DNA of 64,000 bases from Callorhinchus milii (Eukaryota), in assembly GCF_018977255.1 (NCBI RefSeq), contig NW_024704744.1, forward strand, positions 21,824,001 through 21,888,000. Direction: 5' to 3'. Under the pieces are notes generated by a model, which searched no databases, had not been told where the DNA came from, and saw only the letters and a program-made list of their open reading frames with translations. The position numbers and the translations under genes are program-made. Of the stretch, positions 48,331-61,440 are shown piece by piece; position 1 is the first letter of the stretch, and the number at the start of each line of letters is the position of its first letter.

Positions 48331-48458
48331 TTAAGATGGTCCAGAATTGTGGAAAAATCTTTAATTCAGTCTTATTTTGGAAAAAAGTATTTCATAAATA
48401 GATCCAGCTTCCAAATATGGTCCAATTTATTTATTTCAACAATTCTGCATCATCTCAA
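48331..48458. repeat. Palindromic MITE-like element, copy 2
   Basis: TTAAGATGGTCCAGAATTGT ... ACAATTCTGCATCATCTCAA. Confidence 0.7.
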
Positions 48459-48944
48459 GACCAAATGGTTCTGCGGGCTAAGACTATCAAGAGCAAAGAC
48501 GGTATGCATATAGATTGGAACTCATAGGCTTTTAAAATGGGTTTCAACAAACTTTCAAACATGAAGGACTTATTCAGCATTTTTATTTCAGTTTACAGGA
48601 AGGACACAGTCCTTCTGGGACTGAGTTGAGTCAGCGCGATGGCAACAGAACCCCATTCCTTAGACAAGCAATAGTTTCTGAAACAGTCGACTCACTCTAT
48701 TATAATATAAACACAGTGGGCATGAATCAAATTGAGCTCTGCTCCCCCATGGTGCAATAAACCACCCAGGAATTATCAAGGAACCATTCTTTAATATTAT
48801 TAAAGAGCTTCACATTGCTCTACTGCTGGAACTGAAATCACATTGCTTCCATCTAAATCAGTATAAACACATCATGAGTGTATTATCTTTGACATCAGTG
48901 ATATCACTTCTGAAACAGAGGATAATGTTGCTACTCAGAAGCCA

Positions 48945-49100
48945 GTGTCTGTACACAGAAGAAGGTGTTTGCACACAGTGGGAGATGTCTACACACAGGG
49001 GAGGGTGACCACACACTGGGGGAGATGTCTACACAGGGAATGGTTTCTACACGTACCGGAAGATATTTACACACAGGCGAAGATGAGTTTACACAGAAGA
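48945..49100. repeat. Degenerate 20 bp minisatellite, about 8 units
   Basis: Units such as ATGTCTACACACAGGGGAGG, GTGTTTGCACACAGTGGGAG and ATATTTACACACAGGCGAAG. Confidence 0.8.
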
Positions 49101-49385
49101 CAGTTTGAATGAATGTGGAATATTGTGCCACAAGCTGTTATTGAAGCACAATCCTTAAGATCTTTTACCATTTGTACCATTTGTATTGTTAAACTCATGG
49201 AAATTCTTCTGAGCAGGATATTTATAAACAAATCAATTTATCAATGGCAATATTTGAGAAATGTTCTTAACTGATTAAATAAATATTTGTTTAACTCCAT
49301 TCCACTCCACCATGTAATTAACCATGCTGCTCTACAGGACCAAAATTCCACATTGTCTTAGTAATATTAATTTGCCTAAAATAGT

Positions 49386-49502
49386 ATGATTATGCAGTAA
49401 TATGGAAAAATCGTAAATTCAGTCTTAATTTGAAAACAGCAGAAAGCACCTTCCACATTAAGAGTAAAGTTTGGAATTTTCCACAATTCTGCAGCATCCT
49501 AA
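49386..49502. repeat. Palindromic MITE-like element, copy 3
   Basis: GGAAAAATCGTAAATTCAGTCTTAATTTG ... TTAAGAGTAAAGTTTGGAATTTTCCACAATTCTGCA. Confidence 0.7.
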
Positions 49503-49684
49503 ACATCGTAAAAGGCCCTATATCCAATGCAAGGTTTATTATTATCACAATACTCGACAGGCAAGGTCGAATTGAATACTCAATTCCGCCAGCTGGAAAC
49601 TCTGCAGTTTATTTACAAAGTGTGGTGAACATTGTATTGTAACTTATTCACTGGGTGATGTTCTGAAATATGTAGTCTGAAATA

Positions 49685-49795
49685 ATATTTAAAGGTATGG
49701 GGAAACAGACAGGAGAATGCAGCAGATAGCTTGCACCAGAACAGACACAACAGGTCAAATAGCCTCCTTCTGTGCTAAAACGATCCTATGATTGT
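49685..49795 (+). mobile_element. CR1 3' end
   Basis: AAAGGTATGGGGAAACAGACAGGAGAATG...AAATAGCCTCCTTCTGTGCT. Confidence 0.7.
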
Positions 49796-51107
49796 CTGTA
49801 TTCTGCATTCAGCATTGCAGGTGGGGACTAACAGCGGTGAATATTATATGTTGGGTAAAAACAATATATTCTTTCCAGCTGTTGTTCCCAATAGTCTTAC
49901 GTTAAACAGTATTAAATGACAGAAGAAACCTGAGGGTTGAGTCATACAGATACTTCACATTTATCCAATGAGTTATCACAGAAATCCCAAGAGCTTTGAC
50001 TTTAAGCCTTGACTATCAATCAATGTTTAATTGATAAAACTAAATTCAAATGTCACTTGCTTGTAAACACAATTCACTGCATTTCACCCTTGTGATGTAT
50101 GACCGGAATTTGAACAATCTTTCTGTATTATTATTCTATTACCTAAGAAACTATCTTTAACAACAGAGGGGAGATAAATACTGCACATCTACTTTTGACA
50201 CTTTCCTCAACTAGATATGTTTACCATTTGGCTGATGTACATTGCTGAAGATAAACTAGCACCCAGTGCCAGAATGCTATCCCTCTCAAGACTCAGCTCT
50301 TGGATGCATACTATTTAAGTTGCAGCCCACACTAGAGTGATTGAACACTGCTGGAGCACAAAGAACAGAATTTGGGCTACTGTAATGCAGGGCCTGAATT
50401 TGTCTAGTACCAGGTCTGCAGCAGCATTGAGTACCACTCACCTCACAGTTCCAACTTACAAGTATGTTTTGAGATACATAAAAACTTTAAGTGAAATATG
50501 GGAATAATTAAAGTCACACAATCCATCTTCTTGGGGTGTGTTTCTGACAGGAAGCAAATAATTATGATATTAAGGAAGTGCCTCTGCCATAAATCTACCA
50601 AAACGATTTCCACTAACAAATATTATGTATGTGTTTATTGTTCAGTATAGAAGCGATTAAAACAATTTAGCAATGCTGACAATAGCTTTATTATTCAATG
50701 TACTGTTGTGTAGAGAAGTACATACTTGTTCTGACTGAACCTCACCGATCCCTGAAACACACAAAGAGGTTTTGAATAGCTTTCTGTTGAGGAACGTCTA
50801 ATCCATCACTTGGAGTCCCAGAGTCACTTTTAATTAACTCAGCTTTCGTTTAAGCTTTTGAAGTGCGTTTGTCTCACCTGCTCATTTCCCTGACCACAAA
50901 TGCAAAAATGCATGCAAATGAACCTTGTGGCTTTATGCCTCATGTGCTGCACATACATTCTACTGGATTTGCCTCTGAACAACCAATATTTAGCCATAAT
51001 ACAGAACAAAAATGGGGTTTGAAAAAGCACCTCCTTTGCAAAGTGGTAGCATTACTGCCCGTCAAAAAAAAGCACTTTGCAATGTAAACTCTTGTCTTCT
51101 GCAGGAA

Positions 51108-51225
51108 ATAATAATAATCCTTGCATTTACATTTGACATAGTGCCTTATCACATCCTCTAGATATTTCAAAGCACTTCACAGAATATACTGTAAAGTGAA
51201 TTGATTGCATATTTTGTGGGCGAAA
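51108..51225 (-). mobile_element. SINE 3' fragment
   Basis: ATAATAATAATCCTTGCATTT...CACTTCACAGAATATACTGTAAAGTGAATTG. Confidence 0.8.
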
Positions 51226-53374
51226 TCATATGTATGTCACACAGTGATCTCGGAGCCAACTCAGATTTTCTGTGTGGAGGTGAAGTCTTGTGACTCCAAA
51301 TGCTGCAGAGGGAGCAAACATTTTGTTCTGGTCATCTTTGTGTTGCATTTATTCTTATTTTCTCATAAATGCTATTCTATCCTGGACCAGGGTGATATGC
51401 ACCTCATTTTACATTAACTGAGCAAATCTTTCATGCAAGCAAATTCACAGTGAGACCAGCCAGATTTCAGTAATTGCTATTATCTATGTACTAATGTGTT
51501 GAAAGTATTTCATGTTATTGGAGAGCAGGGAGTGTAGAGCAGGAAATATGAACATTCTTAAATGTAAAGCAAACCATAAAAATAAATCACCAAAACAAAG
51601 GAAGGCAAGTGATACTTTGGTTGCAGGTGCATATTTGTTGGTGTGGAGTTCCAGTGGGAAATCTGTATACTTACAGACAAGTGGAAAATTGGGTCTTCTC
51701 ATCCACCAAGAACCAGAACCTTACTAACAATGAAAGAATCATTCACAAGGAGTTAAACACATTTCACATTTATAAAGGTCACTTAGATCCAGAAAGATAG
51801 TTTGGATTTGGATTGCAAATTAATGAACATCACAGAAAATTATCAATAATTGTTACTCAGCTATGAATGCCTTAGGCTTGAAATGAGCTATTTTCATATA
51901 ACTTTATTCATTTTTCTCCAAGTTTAATACTGTTCAGAAATAATTATAATTGGTGACCATGGTTTTCTAGCTCTAGGTTATATTGACAAAACAGTGCACC
52001 AACTGTAAGATTAATCTGAGTATAACAAACAGAAGTTTAAGCAATCTGACCCCTGCTGTGTGATTTAAATATTACTGTTCAAAGTTCTAAACCTTTGTAC
52101 TGAAAGTGAAGAGTCTGCCTTCAAAAAGAAAGCAGATATATCCCAGCATTTTAACCGCAAACTATGGTTCATTTGGAACTAAAATCTTTGAAATAAAGCA
52201 GAAACTCTGTTTGTCCTGTGAGGGTACACGTGGATTGCCTGGAAACTAGACATGTTCAGCACACATTATACCATTCATCCATCATTGGGTATAAGTAAAT
52301 CAGCTTAACCCAGACAGAGGCAGCAAACTGCACACCAGTCAAAATTCACAGACCCTTCTGTTTGACATGGCATTAAACATAAAAAAAATACTCTTTGTCT
52401 TTAAGATTATTCTTGCACATTCAATGCATCTTGGATGTATTGTTCATGCCAGGAGTCATTTGATCATGTTCACTCCATTTTCCAAACACAAGAATGCATT
52501 TCCATGCTTAATAATTTCCTGCTTTACCTGTCATCTTTCTATTTGCTACTGGCTCCAGCCACGGCACCTTCAAAGACTCCAGAAAAGGCACCACAATCAG
52601 GTGGACTTTCAGGCTCCAGAATCAAGGTGAGGCCATATTGATCTGACAAAAGATTAAACAACTGTGACAATAGTAGCCTTTATGGGATGATTCTAAACCA
52701 CAGTCAACGTGCAAATAAAGCCCTTTTTTCCCTAAATGTCAGAAGACATCTTGGGAGACGATGAGAATGATTTAAACCTGCAGGTTTGCTGATTCCTCAC
52801 AACAAGTGTCATAAAGATCTGAAAGTACATATTTTTGTATGACTGCAATTATTTTGCTTTGGCACATTCTCTGACGTGAAAGGTGCTATATAAGTGTAAA
52901 TTGTATTAATTATTCATTTATCTGATTTAAAATAATAATATTTGTAATGATAAGATTAAGAACATACACATGTTTGGAGAGCTGAGCAATGCAGGTGAAT
53001 TTGTTCCAATGATATATCTAATATTTTACTTACTGGGATGTATAGAATGAGATTTTATATGTTACAATCAAGTGATTAAATAAAGGGCTGGGGGTGGCCT
53101 TATTCATATTTTACATGGGAAGCGGCCAGGATATTGGTAGGATGATGATGTAAACCATGTGATGATATAAGCCATGGTCTTATTATCAGGAATTCTCTAT
53201 GTATAGATGTTTGCTGGTACTTTACAGGAAGCCCACAAATGATATTAGAAGAGATTTATTTTGGGTAGGGGGCAAATTAGGGCATTTCTTAACTTACTCA
53301 GTGTGGGAAGAAAGACGAGTAATTTTAATTTCATCTTTCCATTTTATGTTGTGAGCAGCAGGTCAAACTATCAC

Positions 53375-53595
53375 TAGTTCAGTTTTGTGAAGGTAAATTT
53401 TAGGACAGATACCAGGAAGTATTTATTTACCCGGAGGGTAGGCAGTAGCCAGAATAGGATACTGAGAAGTGAAGTATAATGACCCATTTCTGAAACAGCT
53501 TGCTGCTGTAATAAGAAATTGTATGTTGGAATTTTGGAAGAATATGTTCAATGGGCCGAAGAGTCTTCTTCACTCGTGTCTTTTTTCTAATCTCT
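53375..53595 (+). mobile_element. CR1 3' fragment
   Basis: AAGGTAAATTTTAGGACAGATACCAGGAAGTATTT...ACCCGGAGGGTAG and ATGGGCCGAAGAGTCTTCTTC. Confidence 0.7.
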
Positions 53596-54679
53596 TGATC
53601 ATCGTAACATCTCCTATGCTAACTCATTCTTTCCCAGGACCTCAGCAGAGTGGCACTTCTTATATTCCTCAATCTTTATGTCCCTCAATCTTTCTTTCTA
53701 CCTTTGTGTTACAGTTTTTAAAACTTGAATCACTTAACCATTACTGTAATTTATGTAATTTATGTAATTATGTAATGTAATTTATGTAATACCTATTTCC
53801 TATTCTGTTCATTCATTGAGAAAGGGAGAAATAGAGGGGATCAGGAGAGGTGGCGGCACATGCAGTATACACCTTGATAGGGACTAGTTGGCCGGAATGG
53901 CCTGTTTCTGCACCAAATCACTCTATGTACCTCTATGGTAGTGTCCTCTACTATGATAGGCCATTCACTGAGATAAACATTCTTGCCCCAAAGAGTTTGG
54001 CACAATGATTTTGACCTGAAACTATTGTTGTTGCCACCCACGGAGCACAGCGATTCAGCGTCACTGTCAGATACTGATCTAACTCACTCTGAATTCAGCA
54101 TGTATCCCATCAAATACACACAGAACAAGTAGTTAATCGAACAGAATCATCCTCTTTAAATATAAGGTCTCAGTGTAGCATTGGGATCATATAAACAACT
54201 TCCAGTCACTGTCCTTTAACTACCCCACTGGTTAAACAACACTAATTCCATTTGACTAGTATCAAGCCAAGAAGACACAACAGCAAAAACATGGTTCAAC
54301 CTTGAGCAAAACATCTGGGAGAGCTTCTCTGCATTACATTTAAATGAGAACATCTCTCCACCCAAACTTTACAATGTGGCCTAAAAAAGGGTGAGTAGAG
54401 TACAATTTTTATTCATGTTTTCCAACATGCTTCACAGCCAGTGATCTGCAAATGAACTTCTTTATGTTTCAGCAGCAGCAGCAGCAACTAAAATGAGGTC
54501 AGACAACAAAATCTTTGTGCCCAGTAACAAAGAAAGACACACTTTGTGCAGCTGCCTCATTGAAATCCATGAACCTCATTTACAACATAAGTCTCATAAG
54601 AATGCACTATTTGGCTCACTTCCCAAGCGCTGCACTGAAGCGAGGGTCCTCGTAATAGGGTTGAGAAAGATCATGACAA

Positions 54680-54960
54680 CAGTTTCTTAAACTGAATAAT
54701 TGCAATGAAAAAGGGGCAGAATCAGGTCAATTGCAGCTATTATGCTGGAGTTTTGAACAATGACTTCACCGAACTTTGCTGCTTTGGTGTTAATATAAGT
54801 TATGAATCACCAGCGATTTCATTAGTAAAAGCAAAACGTTGGAAGTTGTCCCTGCAGGGGACTAATAAGGGGTAACTTTGCAAGGCGTGCGAGAGGAAGG
54901 AGTCCTGGGCAGAGCTAATGCAACATCAAAGTCAATGCAGAAGCTTTACCTGAAGACCAG
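54680..54960. promoter_or_regulatory. Candidate conserved non-coding element
   Basis: Repeat-free, with AGGTCA, AACAATG (Sox-like) and ACATCAAAG (TCF/LEF-like) motifs. Confidence 0.3.
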
Positions 54961-55280
54961 AGACATGAGGTGACAGCTATTGTAGTGCTGCACTGTTCTG
55001 CTTTTCAACAGATTATAATAATAATACCTTACATTTATATAGCACCTTTCACACAAAATAAATGGCTGAAAGCACTTCCCAAAATATAATTGACAAGAAA
55101 CTAAAGTGAATGCTATGTAGGCAAATAAGGCAGCCAGGTCCTTAAGGTATGTTTTAATAAATTACTAGTTATTACCACTTACACTGTTAACAGATTATTG
55201 ACTAAATAGTTGTGGGGGCCAAGAGGAATTCTGACATGAACCCAAAGTTCTCAAAATACAATTTTGTAAGTGAGCCTGCT

Positions 55281-55415
55281 ATTGAGGATTTTGTTTTACT
55301 CAGCTGGGTGTCTGATACATCTGGACACCCATCATCATGCTTAAGAGCATTCAAACCAGACTGAGAGGTCCACATATGTATGCCACCTACACATGGAAAT
55401 TTCCCTGTATCTGGT
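55281..55415. mobile_element. Element X arm fragment
   Basis: CAGCTGGGTGTCTGATACAT...CATGCTTAAGAGCATTCAAACCAGACTGAGA...CCACCTACACATGGAAATT. Confidence 0.75.
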
Positions 55416-56570
55416 AATAAACACCCTGTGGCAAAGCTTCCAGATAATGTGGCTTTTCCTGCCTTGATTTCAAACCCTAGCTTGAGTGCAAACCTTTATC
55501 TGTCCAGCGGCTTGATACGTCCTTCTGATGTGAAAGGTGCTATATGAATGTAATTTGTGTTTGTTGTTTTTCAGTTTACCAGTATGTTTTTATATGCTTT
55601 TGTTATTTCCCCGCATGTTTTCCTGCAAGCACACACACAAGGGGAAAGACACTGATAAGAAAATGAGTTTGACTTGACGGATCGAGATATTTTTAACCAA
55701 GGTTATAAGATGGCATGTATGACTCTCATCTTTGCTGTGAGGTTTCATTGCCTGTCTTCAGCTGCTGCTCTTACTTTTTCAGTTAAATTTGTGCCACTGA
55801 GCTTTTCATTTGTCAGTGGTAGTCTCATGTCTGAGATCAGCCGCCAGGAAACGGAATGTGCCAGAATTTCCTCTTCATCACTCGTTCTCCCATTCAGCTC
55901 TTTTTGGATTTACTCTCTTTTCCTTGCCCTCTTTTTGTTTCCCATTCTGCCTTTTCTCTCCTCTCCTTTGTGTTACCTCTCATAACACATTTATTATTTA
56001 GATTTTCTTTCACTCACCGCATTGAATACAAGGTTGTAATTTCACCCTGATTTTAAACTGCTTGTGATTCATGCTCAAGGTTCATGACATTGATGTCTAA
56101 AGCACGGCAATTTCAGATGGGATTCCTTAATGAAGGAGTCTGAATTGGAGACCTGGAATTCAATTGGCTCTGAATTAGGGACTAGGAGCCAGTCACGCCA
56201 ACTCAGGGCAAGTTCGCTCTGAAAGAAGATCGCGTCGGAGAGATTTCCCACAAATTAGAGTGACATACTTCTGTTTTCTTCACTAAGAAATTTTATTTGA
56301 ATACCACATTCAAGGCTGCATCATATGAAACCCTGAATGAATTCACTGCTGTTTCATCACTCCCAGGTATCCTTTATTCTCTAAGTGCTTAACCAGAAAG
56401 AGAATAACATCACTTGGGATGTTCCAATGTTTCCATAGTTTTAACACAATAATGCAACTTGAAAATAACATGGCTATAGTTTAACTCTTCACGAGCCACG
56501 AATGAGCTCACTTATCTAGGCAACCTGCTGGTCTGTATATTTGCTTTCAGCAGCCCCTTCCTTTGTTAAT

Positions 56571-56897
56571 GGAGTCCTGTAGCTCAGTGGTAAGAGCACT
56601 CGCTTTGCAAGCGAGAGACCTGAGTTCAATTCCAGGCAGGGCGAAACCTTGGGCAAGTTTCCTTACTCCACACGCCTAATAATAATCCCTCCAAAAAATA
56701 AATAAATAAATAATAAATAAATTGGTCATTTTCAATCTACGACTGTTTGTGCGACATGCTGTGCGCAATGGGCTGCCGCGTTCGCCCACAAATATGCAGT
56801 CAATTCACTTTACAGTATATTCTGTGAAGCGCTTTGGGATGTCTATAAGACATGAAAAGTGCTGTATCAAATGCAAGGATTATTATTATTATTATTA
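56571..56897 (+). mobile_element. Intact young tRNA-Ala-derived SINE with possible TSD TTAAT
   Basis: Same family as 19618; TTAAT at 56566-56570 and 56898-56902; tail loop variant ATGTCT-ATA-AGACAT. Confidence 0.93.
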
Positions 56898-57194
56898 TTA
56901 ATGCATCTAAAGGCAACACAGAATCATCTGAATCTTGGATGTCAAACTTCAATTATTTGCTCTTTGGAGCTGATTGTCAAGCAATCAGACCTCATGTTTA
57001 GAAAGTTATCTGACCTTCTAAAAATCGGCAGTGAATCCAGTAAGAGTTAAAATTCATATATATATATAAAAAAACAAAAGCTGATAGGAACACAATGGAT
57101 AAGGTTAATTTGATGGAAAAGAAAGTAAAATTTGAAGTCAAGAAAGTAAAAATAAGACAAAGACAGAGAGGATGGAAAGAAAAGACAACATGGA

Positions 57195-57520
57195 AACAAG
57201 TTTCATTTATATGGCGTCTTTCACCCGAGTAGCATCTCGGAGAGCTTAACGGAGCGTGGAACATCCCCCCAAGCTGCGGAGAGATAGGTGACCATAGGCA
57301 TGATCAAAGAAGAAGGTCTTCAGATGCTGAAGACAGGCAAGGAAGAGGCAAGGTGGAGGGATTGAAGCAAAGAATTTCAGGCCATAGTGGCTGAAAGCAT
57401 GGCCACCGATGGTGGAGTAGAGGGGATCAAGGACATGTAGAGGGCAGGAGTTAGCTGAGCAAAGGAGGTGGGCAGAGGAGTGGGGTGTGAACAGATCAGA
57501 GAGGTATGAAGGTGCAATGG
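57195..57520 (-). mobile_element. Older L2 3' fragment
   Basis: APSYLSDL...STIGGHAFSHYG...LKTFFFDHA in ORF 57246..57581. Confidence 0.85.
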
Positions 57521-57847
57521 TGAATTGATTTGTATATAGAAAAGGGAAGTAGGGAAAAGTAAAATTAGTGTTCAAATTCAAGTATTGTAGTTTATTGCTA
57601 TAATATTAGTGTTTCTAGTACAGTGTCACAGTGTCAATGCTGAAAACTTATTAAAATATCCAGTCGAGGGACAGTCAATTCTTTCCACATGCTGGCAGTC
57701 TAAGGGTTAATGAAGTTTATTAGATATCATAAACCAAGAAAGTGAAGCCCGAAATTCTCAAGAGCCTCTCATTGGACTACAGCCCTGAAATGAATTCCTG
57801 GTATCTGGTATACTTTATAATAATGTGCATTGCCTCTATTGAACACC

Positions 57848-57990
57848 AGTGTCAGCTTAGCTCAGCTGGTAGCACTCTTGTCTCTCATTCACCAGGTTGT
57901 GGGCTCAAGCCCCATGTTGGGAACTGGGGTCATAGTCTAAGTTTATGTTCGCAGTGGGGAAGTGCTGCACTGCTGGAGGTGTTGTCTTTT
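57848..57990 (+). mobile_element. Deu SINE 5' part
   Basis: AGCTCAGCTGGTAGCACTCTTG...GGTTGTGGGCTCAAGCCCCA...GCTGCACTGCTGGAGGTG. Confidence 0.7.
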
Positions 57991-58327
57991 GTTCTCATAT
58001 GTTATTTTTTACTATTGATTTAGATTTTGTATCTGTAAAGACTCACAGTGCACTCCACATCTTTGAAGCACAATGACATTCACAGAAGAGAATTTATGAT
58101 GGTGAAATTATTATTGGAGGTATATCAAGAAATAATCTGCAGTTGGCTACATATAATATCTAATATGCTCTGATCGCTAAAATAGCAATTTGTTTGCCAA
58201 GTCCTTATAAAGGGATGTCCTGTTATAAAGGTTTAGCAAAAAAGTTAAATATTATTAGTGATCAAAGTACTTTAGGCCTTTTAGCCACATTTAGTGAATG
58301 TTATAAAGTTTGTGTTTTCACTCCTCT

Positions 58328-58540
58328 TTAGAAGGAACAACTTCACATGATAGTGAGAATGTGAAACTCGTTGCCTGAAGCGGTGGTTGAATTAGATAGT
58401 ATAGATGTATTTAAGAGGAAAGTAGATAAATACATGAGAAAGAGGGGCACAGAAAGGTATGGGAGGAAATATACTCATGTGGAGTATAAACACCGGCCCG
58501 GACTAGTTGGTCTGTTTCCGTGCTGTATAATCTATCTAAA
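58328..58540 (+). mobile_element. CR1 3' fragment
   Basis: LPEAVVELDSIDVFKRKVDKYMR; GGTCTGTTTCCGTGCTGTA. Confidence 0.8.
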
Positions 58541-58879
58541 TCTTTGTAAATTTATGAACCAGTTATATCAATGCATCAGGATTGCTTCTTTACATCCTAG
58601 CTTCTCTGCAGTAACTATTTTGAGCTAAAGAGGCAGTCTGATACCTACATTTTGTGTTTGTTTCAAGGGTGATCTTTTGGACTTTTTATATGTTGCTTTA
58701 TCTAACTGAGTTGTGCCAAACATATTTTTTTGTGTGTCCATTATACCTTTTAAATTAGATCCAAATGTTATGAATGAAAAAGTAAGGAAGTCCTGTAACA
58801 ACATGTTGTCAAGTTCAGAAATTGCATTTGTGTGTCATTTTGTGGATCACAAAGTTTTAAATCTTCAAAACGGTTGAGG

Positions 58880-59200
58880 TGGGGCAGAAAGGGTTAACAT
58901 TTTACCAAAATAAATGCATATTTGAATAAGTGTGCACCAAATTAAAATGCCATTCATGGAACTTTTAATAAGCAATTTATGATAATAAATTTATAATAAT
59001 AATGTCATTCCTACAAATCCCGCAATCTGCCTTTAATCAAACGTGGACTGATTGATTACTTCATGATGATCTTTTTCCATGAGCAACAGCACAGCTTACG
59101 TCAGATTTGACTTATTTTTCTTTCAAGTTCAGCATTGTAATTAAAAGGCATTTGAAGGATATTGACGGACTAATTCAAAACAAATTGCGGTTCACTTCTG
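58880..59200. promoter_or_regulatory. Candidate conserved non-coding element
   Basis: Repeat-free; TGATTGAT (Pbx-Hox consensus) at 59049-59056, plus TTTATGA, TGTCA and GTAATTAA. Confidence 0.4.
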
Positions 59201-59364
59201 CTGCCTCTCCAAAATACTCTGTGAGGATTGAGGTTACCCTGAGTACAATTTTAGATGTTCTGTAGCTTCCACAAAAAACCTAATAAGTTATTAAAAAAAT
59301 TCCACAAATAATATAAATTCAGAAAAACAATTCCCCAGTGGATCTGTTGATTCAATGATGTAGG

Positions 59365-59892
59365 TGATATAAATCACACAGACCATGAAGTCAGGCAATG
59401 CTGAGTTAGTTGATCTCAGCTGGGATAGTCGTGTATGTGGTACTTTAAAAATAAAAGAGGACATTCACTTCCTGGCTGTTTTCTGTGCTCAAATTGGCTG
59501 CCGCATTCGCCTACGAAAATACAGTCACTACATTTCACAGTGAAATCCTGTGAAGCGCTTTGACAAGCCACAAAGACCTGACAAGGTGCTGTGTCAGATG
59601 AAAATATTATTATTATATATTACAACTTTAGCTTCAGTGCCCCTGAGCTAGGGAGGTAAAAAGTGGGCTATTTGCTACACTTGATTGTTGTCCAGTTCCC
59701 CCTGCTGGAAAGCATTTGTGTGTATGTGTAAGTATTGAACAAGAATAGGATTGGCCTTGGTTTCAATGCCCCCCCATAGTTGCACAGCCGGCTTACACTC
59801 TGAGCTCACGCATGAAGAATGGTGACTTGGCCTGCGGTAGCACATGTGGAAGTGCACCTCAGCATGAGTCAGTGCCTTCAGGAAAGGAGAAG
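59365..59892 (+). mobile_element. AmnSINE2-like relic interrupted by a Deu-SINE 3' fragment (about 59444-59620)
   Basis: TGCTGAGTTAGTTGATCTCAGC, then CAGTGCCCCTGAGCTAGGGAGG...CCCCTGCTGGAAAG...CATGAAGAATGG...GAGTCAGTGCCTTCAGG, matching the AmnSINE2-type consensus as I recall it. Confidence 0.65.
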
Positions 59893-60432
59893 TGAAAATT
59901 GAAGGGAGGAAAAACAGAAAGAAAGAACAAAACAGTGCCTGAACTGTCAATAAAATCAGTAATAAATTAGAATTGAAAGCAGGGGCTCACTCTCAGTGAA
60001 GTAAAAACAGTGTGCTTTTCGGATGACTAAGTGTTGACTGAGCTGTTTTAAGTTGGCCCTATGTTGTGCACTGTGCCATTTATATTCCACTCTTTGAGGA
60101 GAAATAACTGATCTATGTAGGTTCTGAAAGCAATTTTTTCTGGATTCTTTTGTGAATATTGTGGTATACCTTAGATACAGAAGATCTCATGATTGCTAGA
60201 AACGAAAAAATGTGAATGTGTTAATATTTAGTTGGTTGTATGAATGTTTGTGTGACTGAGAGCAGCCAATTCAGAAAGGATGTGATAAAGTACAAACTCC
60301 ATGTAGAGACTGTATGAGTGCCTGAATGTCTCTCCAGTGCTTTCATTTCCATCTTATTATTTATGAGGGGTATATGATGTGATAAATATCATAGGGAACA
60401 ATGGTAACCTTGCTTGCTTTACAAAATGTCAC

Positions 60433-60615
60433 AATAATAATAATAATCCATGCAACTTATCACATCTTTGAGATGTCCCAATGCACTTCACAGAATATTT
60501 TTTAAAGTGAATTGACTGTAAATAAATAAATAATCAATATTTATATGAATTGACTGTTTATCTTGTGGGCAAAACGCAGCAGCCAATTGGCACAGCAGTG
60601 TCCCACAAACAGTCA
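60433..60615 (-). mobile_element. SINE 3' half
   Basis: GCAGCCAATTGGCACAGCAGTGTCCCACAAACAGTC. Confidence 0.8.
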
Positions 60616-61311
60616 TATTCAGACACTCACACAATCCCTATACAGATTTTATACTTTATTATATTCTTTCTGAATTGGCTGCCCTCCTTCATACAAGCAT
60701 ACATACAACCTTCTAAGTATTAACACTGATATGGAATATTCAGCAGGGTTAGGCAAAGACATGTTTCCAAACCAGGGGTGGGAGAACAGGACACCTATTG
60801 TTAAAAACTGATTTTAAGGCCAGGTTTAAATGCACTTCCTCACCTCAATTATCTGATATGATAATTTGCGTCAGTGATATTTATACAATCACATATTGAT
60901 TCCTTCTCCCCTGAAAGTATAGTTTTTGCAGTTTTCAAGGTGACATACATCATATTTTCTGATGGACAATCCATTTCATGTTAGGAATTGAGTTTGACCA
61001 ACTGAAATTCACGTGTCTTTGTGGCTCGGTTGGTAACACTCTCACATCAGAAACACAAGTTTGTGGGTCCAGGCTCACATTGACTTTGAACTTAAGGGCA
61101 GCGCTGGGAGAACACGCCCCAGAATCTATAATCAGATTGTAACTGTGTTTTATTGATGTTTACACCATAGTAACAACAAAATAAAGTATTGTCTCAATAT
61201 GTTCATCACCTGAAGGAAGAAGTTGCACCCAGGTCTAGACTTACACTCTTTTCTTAGCATTCCAAAGTAGTTTTATTTTTGGAGTCATTTTTCCACAGAT
61301 TGGTTTGAAGT

Positions 61312-61440
61312 AAGAATAAGAATCATAGAAATTCACAGCACAGAAGGAGGCCATTCAGCCTGAATCTACACCTGCTGTCGGAGCAAGGTAATTATTCAAT
61401 CCAACTGCTCTGCCCTATCCCCATAACCCTTCAGGCTCTG
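61312..61440 (-). mobile_element. CR1 3' end
   Basis: AATCATAGAAATTCACAGCACAGAAGGAGGCCATTCAGCC. Confidence 0.8.

Noticed and set aside
48945-49100. CRISPR-like array
   Set aside because: Contiguous degenerate units with no unique spacers, no cas genes, and a vertebrate-type context.
53745-53790. Short tandem repeats (also 38199-38240, 19391-19420, 30738-30780)
   Set aside because: Ordinary slippage products.
54469-54486. (CAG)6 as a polyglutamine exon
   Set aside because: A short microsatellite outside any supported ORF.
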